The position numbers and the translations under genes are program-made. Under the pieces are notes generated by a model. That model ran no database searches, was not told the DNA's origin, and worked only from the letters and a program-made list of their open reading frames with translations. A stretch of DNA of 64,000 nucleotides from a virus. The stretch is taken from IMG/VR virus record IMGVR_UViG_3300045988_122168, one strand, 5' to 3'. Shown piece after piece: positions 26,161 to 35,563 of the stretch (within the stretch, counting starts at the first letter, position 1; the number at the start of each line of letters is the position of its first letter).

Positions 26161-26973
26161 ATGGCAAGTACTAAAGAAACAAAGAGAATCACGGAAGAAG
26201 AGGCTAAAGAGCAAATTATCGCCGACCTAGAGAAGAGGGGGTTGGGGAAGAAACCGTTAACGTTCCTCCTCACGGGTACCCGTAACAATCACTCGTTAAG
26301 ACCGAAGACACGTCACGTGTACACCGGCAAGAACGGGGAGACTTACGTGTTCAACCTCCGTTACACCCCGGTATCCCCCACCGCCATCGAGAATGACCAG
26401 AACATTGATGGACCGGTAGAGCTTAGACGGGTAGATTTCCCGGGAGACCGTTGGACCGTTTACCCTGAAGACAGGGGATTACAGATGTTCCTCATGCTAC
26501 ACCCTTTCTACGGGAAGAACAAGGTGTTCTACGTGGAGGACTTGGAGGCTGACGCCGCCATCGAGGAGAGCATGTGGACTGACATGGGTACCGTGATCGA
26601 GCTTTGCAAGACATCAGACTTCGAGGTGTTACAGGCCGTTTACGCCACCTTGAAGGGAGTCACCACCGAGATGAATCCCACCATCCTTCGTGCCGGTATC
26701 CTTGACAAGATGAAGACCGGGACTAACCCCCGGGAAATCATCGAGATGTTCGGTGACAAGAGAAACACGATCAAGTTCAAGATTCAGTCCGGTATACGGT
26801 TGAACATCTTGAAGATGAACGCTAGAAAGACGGAATTGAGCTGGACTAGCGGTGGCGTTATCTACACTTGCGCCCCGGGTCTTAACATCATATCCGAGTT
26901 CGCCGAGTGGGCCATGACAACCGAGGAGGGAGGGGCCACTTACGACAAGATTATAACCAAGTTAAACGCTTAG
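26161..26973 (+). CDS. hypothetical virion-module protein (270 aa)
   Basis: ATG ORF right after element copy D. No motif recognised. Confidence 0.65.
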   Translation: MASTKETKRITEEEAKEQIIADLEKRGLGKKPLTFLLTGTRNNHSLRPKTRHVYTGKNGETYVFNLRYTPVSPTAIENDQNIDGPVELRRVDFPGDRWTVYPEDRGLQMFLMLHPFYGKNKVFYVEDLEADAAIEESMWTDMGTVIELCKTSDFEVLQAVYATLKGVTTEMNPTILRAGILDKMKTGTNPREIIEMFGDKRNTIKFKIQSGIRLNILKMNARKTELSWTSGGVIYTCAPGLNIISEFAEWAMTTEEGGATYDKIITKLNA

Positions 26974-26978
26974 AACAA

Positions 26979-27656
26979 ATGATAGACGAGGTGTACAAGG
27001 TAGTCAACGTGCTACTCAACAAGAACGGGTACGGGGTCATAACTCCCGACGAGTTTAACTCCGTTTGCGGGCTAGCCCAGTCAAAGATATATTCAGAGAT
27101 ACCTAACAGGTTGAGAATGAAGTATAACAGGGACAAGCAAGGATACTCGGCAATACCGAAAGACATTCTTGAAAGCACCTTGTACAAGCTCGCCGTGGTG
27201 GAAGATTTGGAGAAGGGGGAAGATGACCCCTTCTTCCCTTTCCCCCCTACCGAGAAGTTAAACGCCGTGTACAGGGAGGGGAAAGAGGCCACCATGATAG
27301 ACGTGGCACGGCTAAGGATGATAGGTAACTCGAAGTACAACAGGCCATCGGAGACGTACCCGAATTACTCCATCACGGAGGACGGGATACAGGTGTTGCC
27401 TGACAACCCCTCGATAGAGGTGCATTATTACAAGATACCGCCGAGACCCCGGTGGACTTACGTGGTCATAGAGGGAAAGCCGGTGTTCAACCCTTCCGTC
27501 AAGAGTTATCAAGACTTCACGCTGTCGGAGCATTTCTTCAACGTGCTGGTTGTCGAGATAGCGTTATGCTTCGGCGTCCACTTGAGGGAGGCGGAAGTGA
27601 TACAGGTGATGGCACAGGATCAAGCTAACGAATTTCAAAAGGATAACGCCATATGA
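26979..27656 (+). CDS. hypothetical virion-module protein (225 aa)
   Basis: ATG 26979 (MIDEVYKVVN..) preferred. The track start 26907 would overlap the previous gene by 67 nt. Confidence 0.6.
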   Translation: MIDEVYKVVNVLLNKNGYGVITPDEFNSVCGLAQSKIYSEIPNRLRMKYNRDKQGYSAIPKDILESTLYKLAVVEDLEKGEDDPFFPFPPTEKLNAVYREGKEATMIDVARLRMIGNSKYNRPSETYPNYSITEDGIQVLPDNPSIEVHYYKIPPRPRWTYVVIEGKPVFNPSVKSYQDFTLSEHFFNVLVVEIALCFGVHLREAEVIQVMAQDQANEFQKDNAI

Positions 27657-28426
27657 ACGTAAAACTAACAGACATTATCGACTCGGTGTTGATAGACGCC
27701 ACTGACCCGGACAGTTACGTTCACGGTGTCAGCAGGGAACTGGTCATAAAACACGCCCAGAGAGCGGTCGAGGAACTGCGATACGTGGGTGACAAGCAAT
27801 ACAAGGAGGCGGAGGGGGAGATGAACGCAGTGGGCAAGTTCAGGATGCCTAACGACTTCATCGACTACATAGCCATCTACTTCCTGCACGACGGGTACAA
27901 GATTCCCGCCCTCTACAACGATAACATCAACACGTGGTACTCGTACATGCTCAAGAACGATGACGTGTACGCCGCCCAGAACATCCTGACGAACGAGGAA
28001 GAAACGATGATAGACAACAACGACTACGAGATCGTGAAGGGGGTAGACCTCAACGGTATGAAGTCAGCCGAGTGCATGCTGCCATGCCGTCACAACTCTT
28101 TCCTAGTTAGCAAGAACGGTTACCAGTTCGATTACAGGGATAACACCCTCACCTTCGACGACGTGCCGGAGGGTTACGATCGCATACTTATATGCTACGT
28201 GTCTAACGTGGACCTCACGGACATCACGAAGATCAACGTTCACCCGTACTTGCAGAAATACCTAGAGGCTGACATATACTGGAGGCTCATCGAGAGAAGA
28301 CGTAACGTGCCGATGAACGAGAAGATACGGGCGAAGGCAGAGAAGAACCGTCGTTACAAGGATGCCAAGTTCGAGATAAACTTCAAGAGAGAAGAAATTA
28401 TTCAAGCGTTATTGAGAGCTTTATAA
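27653..28426 (+). CDS. hypothetical virion-module protein (257 aa)
   Basis: ATG ORF with a 4-nt overlap with the upstream gene. No motif recognised. Confidence 0.65.
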   Translation: MNVKLTDIIDSVLIDATDPDSYVHGVSRELVIKHAQRAVEELRYVGDKQYKEAEGEMNAVGKFRMPNDFIDYIAIYFLHDGYKIPALYNDNINTWYSYMLKNDDVYAAQNILTNEEETMIDNNDYEIVKGVDLNGMKSAECMLPCRHNSFLVSKNGYQFDYRDNTLTFDDVPEGYDRILICYVSNVDLTDITKINVHPYLQKYLEADIYWRLIERRRNVPMNEKIRAKAEKNRRYKDAKFEINFKREEIIQALLRAL

Positions 28427-28465
28427 ACTATCATTGCAAGAATAAAACATCTTTTGAATTTAAAC

Positions 28466-29578
28466 CTAAGCAGAGATATGCAAATTAGCACACCACATAC
28501 CCGATTTTTCAGGCTGGTTTATGGCAGCCCCAAGCAGGGCGATATTTATAGCGGCATTAATATCCGCGTCCATATCGTTCCCGCAATGCTTACACTTGAA
28601 AGACTTGTTATTCCTAGTACCAATATGATGGCACTTGGAACAAGTCTTGGAAGTATATGCTGGTGGAACGACAATCAACGGCACTCCATCCCTTTTAGCC
28701 TTGTATTCAATAAAAGACCTAAGCTGGGAAAAACTCCAAGAAGAAAGTTCTCTTTTAAACGTTTTATTTCCACGCTTGGAATTAGATCGGATGTTTGTCA
28801 AGTCTTCAATAGCGATGCCAACCCCTCTAGTTTTAGCTTCATTGACTATTCGCTTGGAGATGGTGTGATTGATTATCGTTGCCGTGGTTCTCTCTTTCCC
28901 TTTAAGCCGTTTCAAGAGTCTAGCGCATCCACGTTTACATTCACGTGTTCTATCTCTAGTGCCTTTGGATTGAATAGAACCACGAATTTTCATTCGTTTT
29001 TCCCTGTACTGGTTAAGAAATTGAGAAGAGTATTTTTTACCGTCAGACGTGCAGACTATATCAGTTATTCCAAAATCACAACCGATAAACTCTTCAACAT
29101 CTTCCATGTCTTCCTCGGGAACTTCTACCGTTTGAAAAAGGTAAAACTTGCCTCTCTTGAAAACAAGATCGGCTTCTCCCTTGATATATGGAATGTAATT
29201 AGTGTTATGACAAACGAAAGCAACCTTCTGCCTCTTGTTAACAGTCCATATAGAAGCAACGTTTCCATGATAAGAAAGTACGCGGCTATCATAGCTTATA
29301 CTTCCAAGTTCATTGAAAACACGTTGTTTCTTCCTGTCAATCTTGTACGCGTCGGCAACCTTGCTAATACAACGAACAACTATTTGAGCGGAAAGTTTAA
29401 ACTTGTCTCTAATGTCATTATAACACAAGTGATGAAGTTTAAATTGATTAAAAACTCTATTCTTCCATGCGATTTCAGAAATAAGGTTACAAGCCGCGTT
29501 AGCCTCCTTGATCGTTTCAAGAAGAGCTTGATACTGGTCACCAGTTGGAAGAAGTTTTATTTTCAATGTCAGTTTCAT
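28466..29578 (-). CDS. tnpB: TnpB RNA-guided nuclease (OrfB_IS605 family, 370 aa)
   Basis: RuvC motifs are intact: IGCDFGI (D), GVGIAIEDL (E), DADINAAINIA (D). Zn ribbon CSKCHH..(10)..CKHCG. N-terminal MKLTLKIKLLPT..Q...L is typical of the family. Confidence 0.9.
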   Translation of the reverse strand: MKLTLKIKLLPTGDQYQALLETIKEANAACNLISEIAWKNRVFNQFKLHHLCYNDIRDKFKLSAQIVVRCISKVADAYKIDRKKQRVFNELGSISYDSRVLSYHGNVASIWTVNKRQKVAFVCHNTNYIPYIKGEADLVFKRGKFYLFQTVEVPEEDMEDVEEFIGCDFGITDIVCTSDGKKYSSQFLNQYREKRMKIRGSIQSKGTRDRTRECKRGCARLLKRLKGKERTTATIINHTISKRIVNEAKTRGVGIAIEDLTNIRSNSKRGNKTFKRELSSWSFSQLRSFIEYKAKRDGVPLIVVPPAYTSKTCSKCHHIGTRNNKSFKCKHCGNDMDADINAAINIALLGAAINQPEKSGMWCANLHISA

Positions 29579-29582
29579 GTCG

Positions 29583-29590
29583 CAAATATA
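29583..29590 (-). promoter_or_regulatory. -7 promoter box TATATTTG, 4 nt from the tnpB ATG
   Basis: Minus-strand TATATTTG followed by CGAC then ATG (29578). Confidence 0.45.
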
Positions 29591-29703
29591 CGAAACATAT
29601 CTGATATATTCAAATATTTGAAAAAATATTCATATAAAAAAGTAATAATGATTCGATTATTTCAATGTAATATTTATTTTTGTGGTTCATCAAATTATTT
29701 ATT

Positions 29704-32700
29704 ATGAAGGTAATACAAGATTTCTCGGGGGGAAAGATGAACATGGACATCGACCCCCGCTACATGCCGAAGGGGCAATACCGTGAGGCTCGAAACGTCC
29801 GTGTGATAGACACCGATAACGAGAACTCCGGTGTCATCGAGAGCATGGACGGGACGAGAGTGGTCATCGACGAGCCACTGTTCACGGCCGGATCGGTTAC
29901 CGCCGGCATGTACGAGTACAACAACAAGATATACCTGTTCACCGCCCTCAAGCAAGGCGGTTTTTCTATACTGGAATACGATTCCGTTACCGGCAAGGGA
30001 AGCCACGTCCTCGTTGACCAGCTATCCACCTTGCGGGAGGAAGACGGTCTACGCAACACGATATGTTTCCTTCACAACAAGAAGGACGATCAATCGGTGT
30101 TCACGCAAGCCTACAATCAAGGTTTCGGGTGGTACGTGCCGTCCAAGGAAGAGATCAAGGACGTGATAGACAACATCGAGGAGACGTGGAAGTTCCTTAT
30201 CTCCGAGAGGGAGGAAGACATCATCACGTTCAACAACCAGTACATAGGGGTGGGTACCGCCGTGGAGGTCCAAGAGGACACCCCCACCACCCGTTCGGCT
30301 CGTGCCTTGTCAGCACCGGTACCACTGGTGAACGAGCAGGAAGGCTCCGGTAATTACTACTGGACGTCCACCGAGTACGACAAGGATCAAGCGTACGTGT
30401 ACGGTTTCCTCGGGCTTCAACTGGCACCGAAGACCAACCATTACATGTGCGTTGTTATCAAGAGGTTCCGTTTTGACATACCCCCGAAAAAGGGAGACTC
30501 GTATGACGGTGGAACGATCTACAAGGTGGACATGGAGAAGATGGAGGCGAGGGCGATGAAGATGCTGCCCACCACCTTCGTTTACGATTCCACCCCGGAG
30601 GTACTCACGCAGGACCTTGTCACCCCCTTCAACCTTCAAACGAGGGTGAGCGGGTTCGCCATGCTTAACGACATCATGGTGTTCCACGACTGGATGACCA
30701 ACGAGCCGGTGGAGATAGACACCAGCAAGACGAGAGGGTACTTCAAGTTTTATGACTGGACGGCGATGAAGCTGGTTAAACGTCCACCTCTCTCCGTTGA
30801 CGTTGAGATAGCCGAGAAATCGGAGCTGGGGGAGATGCGTAACATCAACCCGTTGTTCGCCGCTCGCTACATTTACGATACCCGTGAGACGTCAGCCATC
30901 AGTCCTTATTCCACCTCGACGTCCGAGCTTGATGACGAGGACTCGAAAAAGGTAGAGTACGACATGATGGTAGAGTGTTACGTGTACAAGGACAAGGTCA
31001 AGTTCGTTAACTCCTACATGGACCCGGTTTCTGGCGTGAAAACGTACTGGACCTCTCACGAGCTTTCCATGTCGTTACCTAACACCAGTTTCTCGAAGGC
31101 TTACTTGAAGTCTTTCAAGACGAGGTCTTTTGACGCAAACGACACGAGCTTTCACTCGGAGGGTGTTATAGCGTTCACGGGTACAACGGATAATTACCTG
31201 GACCCGGCGGGGAGGGGGTATTTCACTCACTTCAAGACGAACGCTGATGCTATCGACGTGGTGGGTGACATGTTCATAAACAAGAACGACGGTGGTGACA
31301 TCAACAAGGCTGGTGATCAAATATATTACGCTAGAACTCATGGTGCATCTGGAAGTAATAACGGGCAGTTGATGCTGTTCGAGTACAACAAGAACGATAA
31401 CTCCCTGTCAGAGATTCAAGGGTTCGTGGGGGACGGTGACCAGCACGAGGGAGGTTTCTGCATGTCGGATTCTGGAAAGCAAGTGTACGTCGTGTACAAG
31501 AGCGAGTTCGCTTACAGTTCCGAGTACGGGAAAGGAGGCACGTTCACTCAAGTGAAATTGAATGACTTCATATCCATAATAAGCAAGCCGAGGGGAGTGA
31601 AGATTATATGCGATTCTGACGGTAGCGTCGTGTACGTATCCTGTAACCAGAACTTCGATACCGACAACAAGTACACGCTGGTATCCGAGAACTACGGGAA
31701 GAACTTCACCACGGTATCCACCTCCCTCGTCAACGAGTTCATGTGTTGCTCTTCTAACGGGAAGTTCTTCGCCCTCGCCGGCAAGACCGTTGACACCATA
31801 TACTACTCGAAAGACTCCGGTAAGACGATGTCAAAGGTTACCCCCCAGTACGTGAGTGACCCGCAGAACTATCAAGTGACCGGTATGTCCATGTCCCCTG
31901 ACGGTAGAACGTTTTACGTGACGGCCATCAACGGTAACACGGCTTACCTTTTCGCCTCGCAGAACTACGGGTTGTCGATAACCAAGATAAACAACTACTC
32001 TCACGAGGGAGTGGTGGGGGCGTCAGTTTCTTACGTGCGTGGATCGTACTCGAACGAGACGCTTAACGAGATCAGTAACGCCACCTCCGCCGTGAACGTG
32101 ACGGTGAACACAGGTAACGAACACGTGGAGAAGATAGAGATACTCATGAAGACGGGGCAGGGGATGTACAAGGTGAAAACCATAGACAAGAAGAAACTGG
32201 GGCTGGAAGATAACGTGGACTACACCTACAAGTTCTCTTACTCCGGCAACTACCCCCTAATCCCGATGAAGGACGTGAACAAGTTGTTCGATAACGTCCC
32301 CATGATGGCTAGAAGTTGCATGATAATACAGAACTCGCTGCTATTCGGGGGGTACGTTGATGGTTTCGACATAGACACGGACGTGTCCCTGATGGTGGAG
32401 ATAAACAACTCCCCCACCACTTCCACGACGTACTCTTTAAAGACCGGGACGACTCAAGGTTACGGTATCATCTTCATGGATGACTTCGGGAGGTGTTCGC
32501 CCGTGCTGGCTCCCGTTGACGTTACCGTTCCCAGGATAAACGCTGACGCCGCTAACATCGGTCGTGTGGCAACCGTTATCGTGAAGGGTAAGGCCCCGTC
32601 ATGGGCTACCAAGTTCAAGTTCGCCAGACGTAACCCGAAGGTGCTATTCGACGTGATCGACGGTTTCGATAACGCCTACGTGATAAACGGGAAGTTCTAC

Positions 32701-34434
32701 CTTGAGATAACATCCATGCCGTGGATAGTCCCCACCCCCGGTGACAAGCTGGAACTGGTATCCGAGATGGAGACGATAGCCACGGAGGTATCCACGAAGG
32801 GTTACATCTTCGAGGTGAAGGACAAGGTGATCGTGCAGGGAGAACCCGGGCAGTTGTCGGTGACCTTGTCTGACGGGACGAAGGTTGACATGGGAGACCC
32901 CGACAAGGTGGATGTTCCCAACGGTCGTTACCTGATCATAGAACCCACCTCCAAGGAAGGGTACACGGAGGATGACATACTCAAGAAGGAATCGAGATGG
33001 ACGACATCCGTGTTCTACCTTATCATGTACGAGACCAAGGATGACACCGTGGTTTATCAAGAGATACCCGGCATCTATGACGTTGACAAGGGGATGGCCG
33101 GCGCTTACATACTCGATAATGACGGCGACGTGATGGTAACCACGGGACCCGTCCGGGAGATAAACAAGTTCTCTAACGGGACGTTGTTCACCACGCTGGG
33201 ACGACCGAACGCCGTATCCGATAATTACAGCCGTGAGGACAGGTACGCCTCCCTCACCGTTTCCGAGCCTTACGTGGAGGACACGAAGGATAACGGGCTG
33301 GCCTCGTTCAATCAATCGCTAGTCAACTACACGGACCTCTCCAAGAAGTACGGGGAGATCGTGAAGATAGACGACATAGGTTCAGATATAGACGTGTACC
33401 AGAGAAACAAGTGCAGCCGTGTGATGTACAAGAAGAACATCTTGAACACCCCCACCGGTAGCGCTCTAGTGGCTAAATCGGAGGACACCTTCGGGGAGCA
33501 ACAAGAGTACGCCGAGGACTACGGGATGTCTCACTACGAGACCTACTCCCGGTACGGGAACTCACGGTTCTTCGTGGACACGAACACGGGCCAGGTGATA
33601 CGCAAGAGTATCAACGGGTTGTTCCCGGTAAGCTCCTACGGGATGTTGAATTACTTCCACGACAGGTTGACAACTAGCGGCGTGAAGTGTGGCGCTTACG
33701 ATCCCAAGACTTCATCGTACATCGTCGGGATGAATGATTGTTGCGTGAACTTCATGGAACCGGTAGACGGGTGGACCTCGTTCTACGACATGGTGCCTGA
33801 CCTCATGGCGAGGGCGGGAGCTTACTGTTTCTCCACTAAAGATACCATCATACGAAGGATGGGAGGGGAACCGGGATACCAGAACCTGTTACTGGGTAAA
33901 ACGGTATCGAGCAAGATTCACCTCGTGAACAACGAGTATCAAGATTCCAACAAGGTGTATAACAACATGATACTGGAATCTAACATCTCCCCTACCTCCA
34001 CCACGTTCAAGACGTTCGACCTGGAAAGAACGATAGATCAATCTTACTTCAAGAAGAAGGAGAACTTGCTGGAATCGTTCATCCCGAAGGCGGAAGGCAC
34101 GTCACAGCCCGTGCTACTTTTCGTTGCCGCCGGTGACGAGGAAGGGTTGAAAACGTTCAGGACGTACACGGCCTCGCTGGTGTATTCAGGCATGGACGTG
34201 TTCAGGGACGGGGAGGTGGTAACGTCTATCGAGGTGGTTAGAGATGACGAGGTGACGCTAGCCGACCCGGTGGATGTAAACGAGGGGCAGGTACTCTACG
34301 TTAAAGTTGATGACGGGGTTAACGGTGACGCTATCAGGGGAAAATATCTCGAAATAATTTCGTACTTTAGCGTTGATAAAGAGAAGTTACTCGTTAAATC
34401 AATACAACTTGATATAGATGAATCGAAAATTTAA
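29704..34434 (+). CDS. large virion/tail-associated protein with BNR (Asp-box)-like repeats (1576 aa)
   Basis: ATG 29704 (track start 29680 is TTG). Repeated Asp-box-like turns (SKDSGKTM, SENYGKNF, SSEYGKGGTF, SQNYGLSI, SPDGRTFY) suggest a beta-propeller. Function inferred from size and position only. Confidence 0.5.
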   Translation: MKVIQDFSGGKMNMDIDPRYMPKGQYREARNVRVIDTDNENSGVIESMDGTRVVIDEPLFTAGSVTAGMYEYNNKIYLFTALKQGGFSILEYDSVTGKGSHVLVDQLSTLREEDGLRNTICFLHNKKDDQSVFTQAYNQGFGWYVPSKEEIKDVIDNIEETWKFLISEREEDIITFNNQYIGVGTAVEVQEDTPTTRSARALSAPVPLVNEQEGSGNYYWTSTEYDKDQAYVYGFLGLQLAPKTNHYMCVVIKRFRFDIPPKKGDSYDGGTIYKVDMEKMEARAMKMLPTTFVYDSTPEVLTQDLVTPFNLQTRVSGFAMLNDIMVFHDWMTNEPVEIDTSKTRGYFKFYDWTAMKLVKRPPLSVDVEIAEKSELGEMRNINPLFAARYIYDTRETSAISPYSTSTSELDDEDSKKVEYDMMVECYVYKDKVKFVNSYMDPVSGVKTYWTSHELSMSLPNTSFSKAYLKSFKTRSFDANDTSFHSEGVIAFTGTTDNYLDPAGRGYFTHFKTNADAIDVVGDMFINKNDGGDINKAGDQIYYARTHGASGSNNGQLMLFEYNKNDNSLSEIQGFVGDGDQHEGGFCMSDSGKQVYVVYKSEFAYSSEYGKGGTFTQVKLNDFISIISKPRGVKIICDSDGSVVYVSCNQNFDTDNKYTLVSENYGKNFTTVSTSLVNEFMCCSSNGKFFALAGKTVDTIYYSKDSGKTMSKVTPQYVSDPQNYQVTGMSMSPDGRTFYVTAINGNTAYLFASQNYGLSITKINNYSHEGVVGASVSYVRGSYSNETLNEISNATSAVNVTVNTGNEHVEKIEILMKTGQGMYKVKTIDKKKLGLEDNVDYTYKFSYSGNYPLIPMKDVNKLFDNVPMMARSCMIIQNSLLFGGYVDGFDIDTDVSLMVEINNSPTTSTTYSLKTGTTQGYGIIFMDDFGRCSPVLAPVDVTVPRINADAANIGRVATVIVKGKAPSWATKFKFARRNPKVLFDVIDGFDNAYVINGKFYLEITSMPWIVPTPGDKLELVSEMETIATEVSTKGYIFEVKDKVIVQGEPGQLSVTLSDGTKVDMGDPDKVDVPNGRYLIIEPTSKEGYTEDDILKKESRWTTSVFYLIMYETKDDTVVYQEIPGIYDVDKGMAGAYILDNDGDVMVTTGPVREINKFSNGTLFTTLGRPNAVSDNYSREDRYASLTVSEPYVEDTKDNGLASFNQSLVNYTDLSKKYGEIVKIDDIGSDIDVYQRNKCSRVMYKKNILNTPTGSALVAKSEDTFGEQQEYAEDYGMSHYETYSRYGNSRFFVDTNTGQVIRKSINGLFPVSSYGMLNYFHDRLTTSGVKCGAYDPKTSSYIVGMNDCCVNFMEPVDGWTSFYDMVPDLMARAGAYCFSTKDTIIRRMGGEPGYQNLLLGKTVSSKIHLVNNEYQDSNKVYNNMILESNISPTSTTFKTFDLERTIDQSYFKKKENLLESFIPKAEGTSQPVLLFVAAGDEEGLKTFRTYTASLVYSGMDVFRDGEVVTSIEVVRDDEVTLADPVDVNEGQVLYVKVDDGVNGDAIRGKYLEIISYFSVDKEKLLVKSIQLDIDESKI

Positions 34435-34819
34435 AATCAGGAATTACGACCCGTCAGATCATGCCATGATAAGTGAATGGTGGGAAGAGTGGGGGTGGAA
34501 GCCAGTACCCCCATCCTTCCTTCCAGCCGGTTTTATCGTGGAAGACGATGAAGGCCCGTTGTACGTGGCTTTCGTGTACATGACCGGGACGGGGATATGC
34601 TGGCTAGAATGGTTATTAACAAGCAAGAAAATCGACGTCTCCCGGAAGAGGGGGGCGAAGGAGTTCTTGATTGGCAAATTGGAATCCATGCTGCGGGCAA
34701 CGGGCGTGGAAGCGATATTCACCACTTCCAACGACGCCGGTCTAGTGAACGGCCTCAAGAAATGTGGTTTCGAGATTAGTGACACGAACATGGTTCAAAT
34801 GATTAAAATTTTAAAGTGA
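34418..34819 (+). CDS. GNAT-like N-acetyltransferase-fold protein (133 aa)
   Basis: C-terminal half fits the GNAT acetyl-CoA-binding region (SRKRGAKEFLIGKLESMLRATGVEAIFTTSNDAGLVNGLKKCGFE). By-eye assignment. Confidence 0.5.
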   Translation: MNRKFKIRNYDPSDHAMISEWWEEWGWKPVPPSFLPAGFIVEDDEGPLYVAFVYMTGTGICWLEWLLTSKKIDVSRKRGAKEFLIGKLESMLRATGVEAIFTTSNDAGLVNGLKKCGFEISDTNMVQMIKILK

Positions 34820-35562
34820 TGGCAGCAGCGACATCTATCATCCTCGCCGGAACGGCGCTAGCATCAACGGGCTTAGGGGTAGCCAAGTCCGTGAAAGAGG
34901 CGAAACAGGCGAGGGAGGCGAAGAAAAACATTGACAATTACCAGCGCCAGGAGATAAACTTCGAGAACTATCTCATGGCGGTAGACGCACCAACCGACCA
35001 GTACGTTCAACAGTTGAAGAGGGTACAGCAAGAGTCGGCTAACTATTCGGAACAGGCATCCTCGGCCGGGGCGAGGGGGTTGTCTTTACTTCCCGGCATA
35101 CAGGAGCAAACTTACGCTCAAGAGGAACAACTGGCGGCTAACTTCCAGAACCAGTTGTACGAGTTACAGAAACAGCAAGCTATCATGGCGGCTGAACAGG
35201 AGAACAGGGAGTTCCAGGCTAGAGAGAATCGTGAACAACGGGAGCTTGCCGGGTACGGTGCCTTGTACGAGGCAGGAAGACAGGGGCAATACTCCGGGAT
35301 GGCGGAAGCTCTGGGAGGTGTTCAAGCGATAGCCGGCATGGCATCAGGATGGAACCTTGGAGGCGGGGGAACGACCACCACGATGCCCACCCCCACCAGC
35401 CAGCTTAACTCGGCGGAGACGGTAATGAACAGGAACGTGGCTACTAGCTCGTTAACCGACATGGCGGGTAACAGTTACGGTTACAATCAAGGGGTAGGTT
35501 ACACCACCATCCCCCAGACGCAGGCGTTGAAATTACCAACTTACGATTACAAGAAGATATAA
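34819..35562 (+). CDS. hypothetical internal/virion protein, N-terminal hydrophobic segment, Q-rich (247 aa)
   Basis: ATG 34819 forms TGATG with the upstream stop (track start 34816 is GTG). AAATSIILAGTALASTGLGVA hydrophobic start, then Q/E-rich helical sequence. Confidence 0.6.
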   Translation: MAAATSIILAGTALASTGLGVAKSVKEAKQAREAKKNIDNYQRQEINFENYLMAVDAPTDQYVQQLKRVQQESANYSEQASSAGARGLSLLPGIQEQTYAQEEQLAANFQNQLYELQKQQAIMAAEQENREFQARENREQRELAGYGALYEAGRQGQYSGMAEALGGVQAIAGMASGWNLGGGGTTTTMPTPTSQLNSAETVMNRNVATSSLTDMAGNSYGYNQGVGYTTIPQTQALKLPTYDYKKI

Positions 35563-35563
35563 C

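Larger units (their letters stand above)
28427..29703 (-). mobile_element. solo-tnpB IS200/IS605-family (IS1341-like) element; ends not defined
   Basis: Visibly AT-rich segment exactly filling the gap between two GC-richer virion genes. Carries only tnpB, antisense to the operon, and no tnpA. A TTCAAATATTTGAA palindrome (29609-29622) lies upstream of tnpB. Boundaries are taken as the flanking gene ends only. Confidence 0.6.

Noticed and set aside
28466-29578. TnpB as a nuclease-dead TldR-type RNA-guided repressor.
   Set aside because: All three RuvC catalytic residues (D in GCDFG, E in AIEDL, D in DADINA) and the zinc-ribbon cysteines are present.
28454-29707. 417-aa plus-strand ORF spanning the whole tnpB locus.
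   Set aside because: It is the antisense shadow of tnpB. The sequence is Ser/Phe/Leu/Asn-rich with no motifs, whereas the minus-strand product has complete TnpB motifs.
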